Part shown: piece after piece, positions 8,876 through 17,357 of the stretch
Layout of the letters: each line of letters opens with the position of its first letter
Position numbering within the stretch: position 1 is the stretch's first letter
Source: Candidatus Fraserbacteria bacterium
Lineage (GTDB): Bacteria > Bipolaricaulota > Bipolaricaulia > RBG-16-55-9
Assembly: GCA_037442925.1 (NCBI GenBank)
Contig: JBBIPG010000004.1
Span: 1-60,493 of the forward strand
Length of the DNA: 60,493 nucleotides
Direction of reading: 5' to 3'
Made by a program: the position numbers and the translations under genes
The notes under the pieces: model-generated
What the model saw: only the letters and a program-made list of their open reading frames with translations
The model's database searches: none
Told to the model about the DNA's origin: nothing

Positions 8876-9343
8876 TCAACTCAGAAAGCTCTCTGGCATT
8901 TGCACGGCGACCACCTCTCCTTTCGCCGTGACCACTCCGTTGGCTGAAACTATGACGTCTACGATCACCTTGCGGCCCCGGAGTTCCTTCACCCGCCCGC
9001 GCACTTCCAGCTCGGCATCAAGGGGTGTCGGCTTAAGATAGTCCACATGCAACGACGCTGTGACAAAACGCAAGGGCGGCTGGCTGTCCATGTCACGGCC
9101 TTCGGCGCGGTACATGGCAGCAGCTGCCGTCGCCGTGCTGTGACAGTCGATCAGCGAAGCAATCAGCCCCCCGTACACGTAGCCTAAGATGGCTGTGTGA
9201 TACGGACGGGCGCGGAAGCGGGTCACCGATTCATCGCCTTCCCAGTACGTCTTGATCTGCAAACCATGCTGGTTCAACCGCCCACAGCCATAACAGTGGG
9301 CGACGTTGTCAGGATAATAGTCCTGAAAAGCTTTTCCTGTCAT
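8876..9343 (-). CDS. PaaI/hot-dog fold thioesterase
   Basis: CYGCG..N..GL, YGGLIASLIDCH, VTASLHVDYLKPTP; GAGGAGG RBS before ATG 9343. Confidence 0.85.
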   Translation of the reverse strand: MTGKAFQDYYPDNVAHCYGCGRLNQHGLQIKTYWEGDESVTRFRARPYHTAILGYVYGGLIASLIDCHSTATAAAAMYRAEGRDMDSQPPLRFVTASLHVDYLKPTPLDAELEVRGRVKELRGRKVIVDVIVSANGVVTAKGEVVAVQMPESFLS

Positions 9344-9463
9344 GCTTCCTCCTCTTGCAAAGCCCGTGCGCTGAACGAGCTTCCGCAAGGGTATACGATC
9401 TAGGTACTTTTGGGCAAGCAGAGTCGTAGGAGCCGTGCGGCCACTGTTCCTTAATTCGCCATG

Positions 9464-9493
9464 TTGACAACTTCACCGTAGACCCCCTATGCT
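9464..9493 (+). promoter_or_regulatory. sigma70 promoter of the methyltransferase gene; imperfect direct repeat of 16811-16840
   Basis: TTGACA-N18-TATGCT. Confidence 0.6.
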
Positions 9494-9510
9494 TCGCAGA
9501 GGGTCACTTC

Positions 9511-12500
9511 ATGGGACAGCAGGCAAGCCACCGCGTAACACTTGAGGATCTGCGCTTGTGTCGAACCCCTGAAGCTTTGTGCGAATATCTGCTTCGCCCA
9601 TTGGGCTATCGTGTGGAAGAATCACTCCAGCCTCTCGATAAGCAAGCCCTCGACCTGGCTCCGGCTGAGGGGAGAGAGGTGCGCAAGATCTATCTGCTTG
9701 CCGATCACGATCGCCAGTTACAAGTGCTCCTTTGCGAACTCGAGAGCCTCGAGAGCACTCCTCTGAACGCACTGGCAAAGAACTTCCTGCGTCGGCCCGG
9801 CAACTATCTCTTGATCGCCACGCAAGATTACAAGACTCTTGTCTTCATCAATCCCCGCCGCCTGCTCGACGACGGCGCACGCCTGAAGATCAAAATCCAT
9901 AAACTCCTCGTCGATACGACCAATCCCACCCGCCACGACCTCGAAGTCCTGCAAGGCCTCTCCGTCGATGGGCGCTCTGCGATAGAGCTGTATCAAGCCC
10001 ACTGCGAGGCCTTCAACGTCGAGCGCGTCACGCAGCGCTTCTATCGCGAATATGCTCGGCTCTTCGAGCATCTCCAGCAACAAGTACACTCCCACAATCG
10101 CGGCATCGCCCAGTTCAAAGACAAAGCCTATCTGCACGCCTTTACCCAACGCCTGCTGGGGCGCGTGATGTTCTTGTATTTCTTGCAGAAGAAGCTCTGG
10201 CTCGCGGGCCATCCCCGCTTTCTCACAACTTACTATCAGCGCGTCGTGCTCGACAAGCGCAAGAACTACTACAGCGACTTTCTCGAAAAGCTCTTCTTCG
10301 AGACGCTCAACCGCCGACGAGCGGATGATCAATCGCCCTGGGGCAATATCCCGTATCTCAACGGTGGCCTCTTCGAGCGCGATTATCGCTTCATGCTCTA
10401 TCTGCCCAATGAACTCTTCGATCCCAACTCGGATCTGGGCATCTTGGGCTTCTTCAACAGCTGGAACTTCACAGTTCAAGAAGACACTCCCTTAGAGTCC
10501 GACGTGGCGCTCGACCCGGAGCTTCTGGGCAAGGTCTTCGAGAACATGATGGAGTCCGCCGAGCGCGAGCAGTCCGGCACATTTTACACTCCACGTACCA
10601 TCGTGCACTTCATGTGCCGCACGGCCCTTGTGGAGCATCTGTCTGACGAGACGAAGCTCCCTCGTGATCAAATCCGAAAGCTCTTTGAGCTAGACGATGA
10701 GAGTAAGCCGGAGCTCACCGTGGCCGAAGCCACACGGATCGAGAAGGCGCTCCGGCAGTTGCGTGTGCTGGACCCGGCAGTCGGGACAGCGGCCTTTCTC
10801 GTCAGCATGCTTCAAGAGATGATCGCGCTTAGAAGAGCCTGCGAGCGAGCCAAAGGAGCGGAAGTTCGAGTGGGCAGTGCGAAGATTGCCGAATGGAAGC
10901 GCGAGTACATTGCCAATTGTCTTTATGGTGTGGACATCAAAGAAGAGGCCATCGAGATCGCCAAGCTGCGGTTGTGGCTCTCTCTGGTCGTCGATCTGGA
11001 GCGCGATCAAGTCATGCCGCTGCCCAACCTCGATTACAAACTCATGGTCGGGAATTCTCTGATGGAGACGCTCGATGGACAGCCCATTCTCACGATGGAG
11101 AAAGGGCAGACAATTGCTCTGTTGCCCACGGAGACACAACGGGCCATCGAGGAGCTCCAGAAGCTCAAAGAGCAATTCTTTGAAGCCGAGCCGGAGGAGC
11201 GAGCCAAGCTACGTCGGGAAATCGAAGAGCAAGAGCGAGATCTCGTGCTCACGCACATTGCCGAGCGCCAACGCGAGATCGACTCTCAGATGAGGGCCAT
11301 TGAGTCACGGCGCCATCGCGGAAGGCTCGCACGTGCTGATGAAAAGCAGCTGGAGAAGTTGATCCAGTTGGGCGGCGCGCTCGCTCAACTGGAGAGCAAG
11401 ATCAATCAGGGCGAAGCGCTGCCGTTTTTTCTCTACAAGCTGCACTTTGCCGAGGTCTTTGCTGAGAAGGGCGGCTTCGATATTGTCATCGCCAATCCGC
11501 CGTATGTGCGCCAAGAGCGCCTCGATGAAGCTCAGAAAGCTGCGTTTCAGCAGGCTTTCGAGTGCTATCACGGCATGGCCGATCTCTATGTCTATTTTTA
11601 CGAACGGGGCTTTCAGCTCTTAAAGCCCAACGGGCTCTTGGCGTTCATCTCAAGCAATAAATTTTTTAGGGCGGGCTATGGCCGGGGCCTACGCGAGTTT
11701 CTCACAAGAAACGCGACCATTCAGACGATCATTGACTTTGGCGATCAGCCCGTCTTCGATGCGACGGCCTATCCGTGCGTGCTGGTTGTCAAGAATGGCC
11801 CGCCTGCCGATGCTGCCTCCGTCCGGGCGCTCACGGTGACGCAGATCGAGGACTTAGAGCATTTAGATCGGAAGCTGGCTTCCGAAGCAATAGTGCTGAA
11901 GCAGACAGATCTTTCGCCCGAGGGCTGGCGGTTAGAATCGCCACAGCTTTTGCGACTGTTGGAGAAGATAAAATCAGCGGGCGTGCCGCTGGGCGAGTAC
12001 GTGGGGGGCAAGTTTTATCGTGGGATTGTGACAGGATTGAACGAGGCATTTGTGATTGACGAGGAGACGAAGGAGAAGCTGATTGCGGAAGACCCAAAGA
12101 GTGCGGAGATTATCAAGCCGTTCTTGCGTGGGCGGGACATCAAGCGTTGGCGGGTGGATTTTCAGAAACGTTATCTGATCTGGACATATGTGGGAGTGGA
12201 CATCGAGCGTTATCCAGCTATCAAGAAGCATCTTGAGCAATTTCAAGAACGGTTAGAGAAGCGTTGGGACAAGGGTGACTATTGGTGGGAGCTTCGGCCC
12301 TGCGACTACTACGCCGAGTTCGAGAAGCCGAAGATTGTGTATCCGGATATTGCTCGCCGATGTGAGTTTGCTTTTGACGGCAACGGATTCTACGTTGACT
12401 GCACCATTTTCTTGATCCCGACAGACAAATGCTTCCTACTTGGGTTTCTTAACTCTCGCTTGATGAATTTCTGCTACTCGCACATCAGCCCCAGTATTCG

Positions 12501-12738
12501 TGGAGACTTCATGCGCTTCAAAACCATCTACATGGGCCAACTGCCGATTGCGCAGGCCACAGAGAAAGAGAAGACTCAAATTGAAAAGCTGGTCGCGCAG
12601 ATTCTCAAACAGCCCAAAGATGAGCGCGTCGCAAAGTGGGAACACGAGATTGACCAGATCGTCTATAAGCTCTACGGGCTGAGCGAGGAGGAGATTGGAT
12701 TGATTGAGGAGTGGGATGCGAAGAGGCAAAGAGACTAA
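9511..12738 (+). CDS. Eco57I-like / Type IIG-like N6-adenine DNA methyltransferase with C-terminal TaqI_C-type target recognition domain
   Basis: IPYLNGGLFE, LLGKVFENM, GTFYTPRTIVHFM, motif I VLDPAVGTAAF, GVDI, motif IV IANPPY, and C-terminal KPFLRGRDIKRW / EFEKPKIVYPDI. Confidence 0.9.
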   Translation: MGQQASHRVTLEDLRLCRTPEALCEYLLRPLGYRVEESLQPLDKQALDLAPAEGREVRKIYLLADHDRQLQVLLCELESLESTPLNALAKNFLRRPGNYLLIATQDYKTLVFINPRRLLDDGARLKIKIHKLLVDTTNPTRHDLEVLQGLSVDGRSAIELYQAHCEAFNVERVTQRFYREYARLFEHLQQQVHSHNRGIAQFKDKAYLHAFTQRLLGRVMFLYFLQKKLWLAGHPRFLTTYYQRVVLDKRKNYYSDFLEKLFFETLNRRRADDQSPWGNIPYLNGGLFERDYRFMLYLPNELFDPNSDLGILGFFNSWNFTVQEDTPLESDVALDPELLGKVFENMMESAEREQSGTFYTPRTIVHFMCRTALVEHLSDETKLPRDQIRKLFELDDESKPELTVAEATRIEKALRQLRVLDPAVGTAAFLVSMLQEMIALRRACERAKGAEVRVGSAKIAEWKREYIANCLYGVDIKEEAIEIAKLRLWLSLVVDLERDQVMPLPNLDYKLMVGNSLMETLDGQPILTMEKGQTIALLPTETQRAIEELQKLKEQFFEAEPEERAKLRREIEEQERDLVLTHIAERQREIDSQMRAIESRRHRGRLARADEKQLEKLIQLGGALAQLESKINQGEALPFFLYKLHFAEVFAEKGGFDIVIANPPYVRQERLDEAQKAAFQQAFECYHGMADLYVYFYERGFQLLKPNGLLAFISSNKFFRAGYGRGLREFLTRNATIQTIIDFGDQPVFDATAYPCVLVVKNGPPADAASVRALTVTQIEDLEHLDRKLASEAIVLKQTDLSPEGWRLESPQLLRLLEKIKSAGVPLGEYVGGKFYRGIVTGLNEAFVIDEETKEKLIAEDPKSAEIIKPFLRGRDIKRWRVDFQKRYLIWTYVGVDIERYPAIKKHLEQFQERLEKRWDKGDYWWELRPCDYYAEFEKPKIVYPDIARRCEFAFDGNGFYVDCTIFLIPTDKCFLLGFLNSRLMNFCYSHISPSIRGDFMRFKTIYMGQLPIAQATEKEKTQIEKLVAQILKQPKDERVAKWEHEIDQIVYKLYGLSEEEIGLIEEWDAKRQRD

Positions 12739-13207
12739 AAGTCAACGTGAAAAACCCACCAGGTCCGTTGTAGATCAGCACGCATCGGGAGAGAACGTCA
12801 CGACCCAACAGAACGATAATATCTCGTCCCGCAATGCTTTGCCCTGATAGATCAACACCGATGACCGAGCTGAACTCGAGTTCTAGCGCTTCTCCTGGAA
12901 AGCGAAACCTTGCGGGATACAAATGCTGCTGGACTCGCCCACCTGCTGTCCCAGTCGTAGTAACCCCGATTGGGTTCACACCCAGATTTGTAATGGCCTT
13001 TGAATCGACACAGCTCCGTGTAGCTCCCGTATCAATGAGCGCCCAGCCTGTTACAGGTGCAGGAATGGACTGGTTTTGCGCTGTGAGGAATTGAGCCAGT
13101 GCCGAGGGGATTGAGACTTCCACTTGCAAGAGAGGGCCTGCCTGTACCAAGACAGCGGGGTTAATCTGATTGCCCTGGCTAAGGAAGAAGCGATTATGAA
13201 CGGGCAT
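12605..13207 (-). CDS. Retropepsin-like (clan AA) aspartic protease; C-terminus reads through into the methyltransferase gene
   Basis: ALIDTGATRS catalytic motif and LLGRDVL second motif. ATG 13207 overlaps the upstream gene's stop by 14 nt. The fold appears to end near 12740 (GFFTLTF). Confidence 0.85.
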   Translation of the reverse strand: MPVHNRFFLSQGNQINPAVLVQAGPLLQVEVSIPSALAQFLTAQNQSIPAPVTGWALIDTGATRSCVDSKAITNLGVNPIGVTTTGTAGGRVQQHLYPARFRFPGEALELEFSSVIGVDLSGQSIAGRDIIVLLGRDVLSRCVLIYNGPGGFFTLTFSLFASSHPTPQSIQSPPRSARRAYRRSGQSRVPTLRRAHLWAV

Positions 13208-13442
13208 TGAGCAATCCCAAAGTGAGCGCAGGGAAGTGGACGACTTCCTCTTCCTTCGTGACCTTCTTGATGAGGAAGGGTTGATTACCAAATCTCTGAA
13301 TCCCAGCTTGGTAAGCTTCTACCTCTGTAGTAAAAGCTCCAACGAGTTGATCATCCTTGATCAAGACAAATTGATTTTCGTAATGCTTCAAGAGTTCGTC
13401 TTTGTGATCTTCGAAGTACTTCAACTCTTTCGCCAGGACCAT
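13194..13442 (-). CDS. Small DUF5678-like protein (82 aa)
   Basis: YFEDHKDELLKHYENQFVLIKDDQLVGAFTTEVEAYQAG..RFG..PFLIKKV pattern; GGAGGAGG RBS. Confidence 0.75.
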   Translation of the reverse strand: MVLAKELKYFEDHKDELLKHYENQFVLIKDDQLVGAFTTEVEAYQAGIQRFGNQPFLIKKVTKEEEVVHFPALTLGLLNARS

Positions 13443-13598
13443 CAGCTACCCTCCTCCGCCGGAAAAGATACCACACACTCTCACTTGTACCAACTTGTTC
13501 CACCTGAAGTATAGCAGTTACCTCTCTCAGGATCAAAATGCAGAGTTGGCCGAATGAGCCATCCATGCTACGATCAACCGTTACGGAGACTAAAGACT

Positions 13599-16500
13599 AT
13601 GCCCAGCTACTTGCCACCAGACTATATCGACAACCAGCACGAGACTCTGGCTGCGGCGCTACAGAAGATCATCCGCGATCTGGAGCAGCACGAGGCAGCT
13701 ATCGCCACGGGCTTCTTCGATCCTCGTGTGTGGGAACTCTTGCGAGAAGCATTGCCCCTCTTGAAGGAGTTGCGCTTGCTCATCGGCAAGGAGCCCGATG
13801 TCACCTATGGTGGCCTGGATCGCCTGGATCTGCGCCGACTCTATCGCCAAAAGCTCCAAAGCGATCTTGACGAAATGCCTTATGATGTGACTCATGTGAG
13901 ATTAGTCACAGAGCTGATCGAGTTTCTCAAGCGAGAATCTGTGAGCGTCAAGCTCTACAAGAAGGGCTTCCTGCACGCGAAGGCGTACATCTTTCCCGAG
14001 ATCGCTGTCGTGGGCTCGAGCAATTTCACGCCCTTTGGTCTGACGCGCAACTCCGAACTCAACTTGGTGCGCAAAGAGCGCTCCGTCGCCACAGATTTGA
14101 GAGACTGGTTCGACGCTTTCTGGGAAGAATCTGAGGACTATAAGCCTGAGCTGATTGAAACGCTGGAAGCTTCTAAATTTGGTGGCAAGCCCTACACGCC
14201 CTACGAAGTCTTCATCAAGACCCTCTATGAATACTTCAAAGACCGGCTCATTCCCGAAGCGCCCGAGAGCCAATTGGGGGTCGAACTGGCAGCGTTTCAA
14301 GAAGAAGGCTTAAAGGAAGCCATGCGCATTCTGGATAGACACCACTGCGTACTCATCTCGGATGCCGTGGGACTGGGCAAGACGTTCATCGGCTTGGGCC
14401 TGCTGGAGCATTATCTCTTGCGCAAGCGTCGTCGAGGTCATATCCCGCAAGGGCTGGTCATCTGTCCGGCTCAACTGCGCGACATCCTCTGGAGGCCCAA
14501 ACTGGCTGAGCATGGCCTCAGTGCCACGGTCGTCTCGCAGGAAGAAGTCAGCCGCGCAGATTTCCCGTGGAACGCTTATAAGAACTTCGATCTGGTCTTG
14601 GTGGACGAAAGCCACAACTTTCGCAATCCCGGCATCGGACGCTCTCAAAACCTGATGAAGCTGCTTTCCACAGGAAGACGCGATAAGCATGTCATTCTCA
14701 TGACCGCAACGCCCATCAATAACTCGATCTGGGATCTTTATCATCAGATGATGTTGATGGCCCGAGGAAGCGACGAGTACTTTCGGGATTGGGGCATCAG
14801 TAACTTGAAGGGCTTCTTCCGCAGGGTCGATCAAGGAGCCGCAGAGCTATTTGATCTACTGGAAGAGACGACCGTGCGTCGCAGCCGCTCTGATATCCGC
14901 AAGCGCCAAGAGGCCGGAGAAACCATTACGCTTCACGGCGAAGAAGTCAGATTTCCGCAGCGCGAATTGCAAGCCATCGACTACGATCTTGTCGCGACCT
15001 ATCAAGGTTTCTATCAAGAGATTGCCCGTAGCATTGAGGCACTCAGTCTCGTCAGCTACAACATCGAGGAATTCAAGCGGTCTCGCGATCCGGATCACGT
15101 ACATCGCATACAACGCAACAACGCGCTCATCGGCATCATGAAGACGCTCTTTCTCAAACGACTCGAAAGCTCGGTGGAGGCGTTTGAAGTGAGCATTCGC
15201 CGTCAGCGCCAATTCCAGCAACAGTTCTTCGAGCACCTGCTGCAGAATCGATTGCTAGACACTACAAACCATCGAAAGATTCTGGCCCTGGAACAAGAAG
15301 ACGATGAGGAGTCACTTGTGCAGATCATAGAGAATCTGCCAGAAGTCTCCATTGCTGAATATGATCTCAAGGCCATTCGTCGCGCCGTCGAGATGGATCT
15401 TCAGATCTTTGAGAGTATGGAAGAACGGCTTAAGAAAATCCGCAAAGCCACAGAACAAGACATCAAATTGGATCGCAAGCTGGAGCGCCTCAAAGCGGTG
15501 CTCCTGGAGCGATTTAGGGGGCAGAAGATCTTGATCTTCTCGTACTATCAAGACACAGCAATACATATCTATGAGCGGCTTCAAGGTGACTCAACGTGGA
15601 GTTCTCAAATGGGCAATCCTCGGCTGGGTCTAGTCTGCGGAGCTCGTTCTGTCTATAGCGAACCCGGCTCCGGTGAAGATCGTCATCTGCCGCGCGAGCA
15701 GCTCATCAAGCATTTCGCTCCGCTCTCCAATGCTGCCAATGAGGATGAACGGAAGAGCTTGCAAACACGAGAGATTCAGGTTTTAATCAGCACCGACGTG
15801 CTCTCCGAGGGGCAGAATCTGCAAGATGCTGCCATCTGCATCAATTATGATCTGCACTGGAATCCGGTGCGCATGATCCAGCGAGCCGGGCGGATCGATC
15901 GGCTCAATTCAAAGCACTCTCGAGTGACGGTGTGCAATTTCTTTCCAGAAAGAGGGCTTGAGGATCTTTTGGGGCTTGTCAAGCGACTGCAACAGAGAAT
16001 TACCGATATCCACAGAACCGTCGGCCTCGACACGAGCGTGCTAGGCGAGCGGGTGACCGAGCGGTCGCTGGAGGAGCTCAAGCGTCTCAAGTCGGCTGAG
16101 GAGGGCGTCTGGGAGGAGCTGGAGCGAGAGGTTGAGCTGCTCTCGTTGGATGAGATGAAGTTCCCTTTGATTCAGTGCCTGCAATCGTTGGGAGAAGACA
16201 GACTCAAAGAAATCCCCCTGGGCATTCATAGCGGGAGGCACGCTTCTCTTGATGGTCTCTTTCTGGCCTTCAGAGCGCGTGATCGCCATTTCTGGCGCTT
16301 CTACCCTGCGGATAAGAGCAGTCCTGTATGGAAGGAGAAGCGCAAGATCTTTAAGCTCATTCAATGCCCTATGGAGGAACCGCGGCAGATGCCGACCCCC
16401 AGGCCGGACGTGTTTGAGATCATGGATCGTGCAGTCAAAGACCTGCTAGAAGAGCTAAAGAGCGTTGAAGCCACACGCCGCATCAAGAGCCCTCTCAAAA

Positions 16501-16814
16501 GCATGAACCTCAAGCTCTACAGCGCGCTTCACCAAGGTTCGCAGTCTTCTCAACCCATATCTGCTGATCTGCGTGAGCGTTTGAGCGGCGTCTTGGAAGA
16601 GATTTCTCTGAAGCCCTTCGAGCGTGATCCGGCTCTGAAAGCGATCTGGCAGCAGTTTCAAAAGAGCGGTGATCTCAGAGCACTAGCGGATGACTTGGAT
16701 GCTTTCTTTGTCGAGAACGAACTCTATCGCGACATGGCTCCGCCGGCACTGCTGGAGCGAATTCGTGCAGAAGATCTGCAGCTTGTCTGCTATGAATTTC
16801 TCACGGCCCATTGA
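13599..16814 (+). CDS. PLD-nuclease / SNF2-family helicase fusion
   Basis: N-terminal FLHAKAYIF..AVVGSSNFT (PLD HxK/GSxN); SDAVGLGKT, LVDESHNFRN, MTATPINN, STDVLSEGQNLQ, NYDLHWNPVRMIQRAGRIDR. GGAG RBS before ATG 13599. Confidence 0.9.
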   Translation: MPSYLPPDYIDNQHETLAAALQKIIRDLEQHEAAIATGFFDPRVWELLREALPLLKELRLLIGKEPDVTYGGLDRLDLRRLYRQKLQSDLDEMPYDVTHVRLVTELIEFLKRESVSVKLYKKGFLHAKAYIFPEIAVVGSSNFTPFGLTRNSELNLVRKERSVATDLRDWFDAFWEESEDYKPELIETLEASKFGGKPYTPYEVFIKTLYEYFKDRLIPEAPESQLGVELAAFQEEGLKEAMRILDRHHCVLISDAVGLGKTFIGLGLLEHYLLRKRRRGHIPQGLVICPAQLRDILWRPKLAEHGLSATVVSQEEVSRADFPWNAYKNFDLVLVDESHNFRNPGIGRSQNLMKLLSTGRRDKHVILMTATPINNSIWDLYHQMMLMARGSDEYFRDWGISNLKGFFRRVDQGAAELFDLLEETTVRRSRSDIRKRQEAGETITLHGEEVRFPQRELQAIDYDLVATYQGFYQEIARSIEALSLVSYNIEEFKRSRDPDHVHRIQRNNALIGIMKTLFLKRLESSVEAFEVSIRRQRQFQQQFFEHLLQNRLLDTTNHRKILALEQEDDEESLVQIIENLPEVSIAEYDLKAIRRAVEMDLQIFESMEERLKKIRKATEQDIKLDRKLERLKAVLLERFRGQKILIFSYYQDTAIHIYERLQGDSTWSSQMGNPRLGLVCGARSVYSEPGSGEDRHLPREQLIKHFAPLSNAANEDERKSLQTREIQVLISTDVLSEGQNLQDAAICINYDLHWNPVRMIQRAGRIDRLNSKHSRVTVCNFFPERGLEDLLGLVKRLQQRITDIHRTVGLDTSVLGERVTERSLEELKRLKSAEEGVWEELEREVELLSLDEMKFPLIQCLQSLGEDRLKEIPLGIHSGRHASLDGLFLAFRARDRHFWRFYPADKSSPVWKEKRKIFKLIQCPMEEPRQMPTPRPDVFEIMDRAVKDLLEELKSVEATRRIKSPLKSMNLKLYSALHQGSQSSQPISADLRERLSGVLEEISLKPFERDPALKAIWQQFQKSGDLRALADDLDAFFVENELYRDMAPPALLERIRAEDLQLVCYEFLTAH

Positions 16815-16840
16815 CAACCATCTCGCTGACCCCTTAGACT
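16811..16840 (+). promoter_or_regulatory. sigma70 promoter of the molybdoenzyme operon; imperfect repeat of 9464-9493
   Basis: TTGACA-N18-TAGACT, overlapping the helicase stop codon. Confidence 0.6.
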
Positions 16841-16868
16841 GGGAGCCGCCAGCGGCAAGGGGGACTCC

Positions 16869-17354
16869 ATGAACATGAAAGAGCTGCTTCAACTCAAAGT
16901 GAACGGTGAGCTTCATCAGCTCACGGCACCCGTCCAGAAAACGCTGCTCGAAGTCTTGCGCGAAGATCTTCAGCTTACGGGGACCAAGCACGGCTGTGAG
17001 GTCGGCGAATGCGGCACGTGCACCGTTCTGATCGACGGCGAGCCTGTACTGTCGTGCTTGACGTTAGCACTGGAAGCACAAGGACATGACATCACGACCG
17101 TCGAAGGCTTAGAACAGAATGGGACCCTGCACCCGGTTCAAATTGCCTTTGCCGAGCGAGGCGCGGCCCAGTGCGGCTACTGCACGCCGGGCATGCTCGT
17201 GACCGCCAAAGCCCTCCTTGACAAACATCCAAGCCCATCGCGCGAAGAGATCAGAGAAGCGCTTTCAGGGAATCTTTGCCGCTGTACGGGTTATTTGAAG
17301 ATCATCGAAGCCGTCGAGTTGGCAGCAAGTCGTCTCACTGCCGCAAAGGGGTAG
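16869..17354 (+). CDS. Xanthine oxidase-family 2x[2Fe-2S] small subunit (HcrC/CoxS-like)
   Basis: GCEVGECGTCTV..SC and QCGYC..GNLCRC. Confidence 0.93.
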   Translation: MNMKELLQLKVNGELHQLTAPVQKTLLEVLREDLQLTGTKHGCEVGECGTCTVLIDGEPVLSCLTLALEAQGHDITTVEGLEQNGTLHPVQIAFAERGAAQCGYCTPGMLVTAKALLDKHPSPSREEIREALSGNLCRCTGYLKIIEAVELAASRLTAAKG

Positions 17355-17357
17355 CGC

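Noticed and set aside
9511-16814. Calling the island BREX or DISARM
   Set aside because: The core genes (pglZ/brxC; drmA/drmB) are absent from the window.
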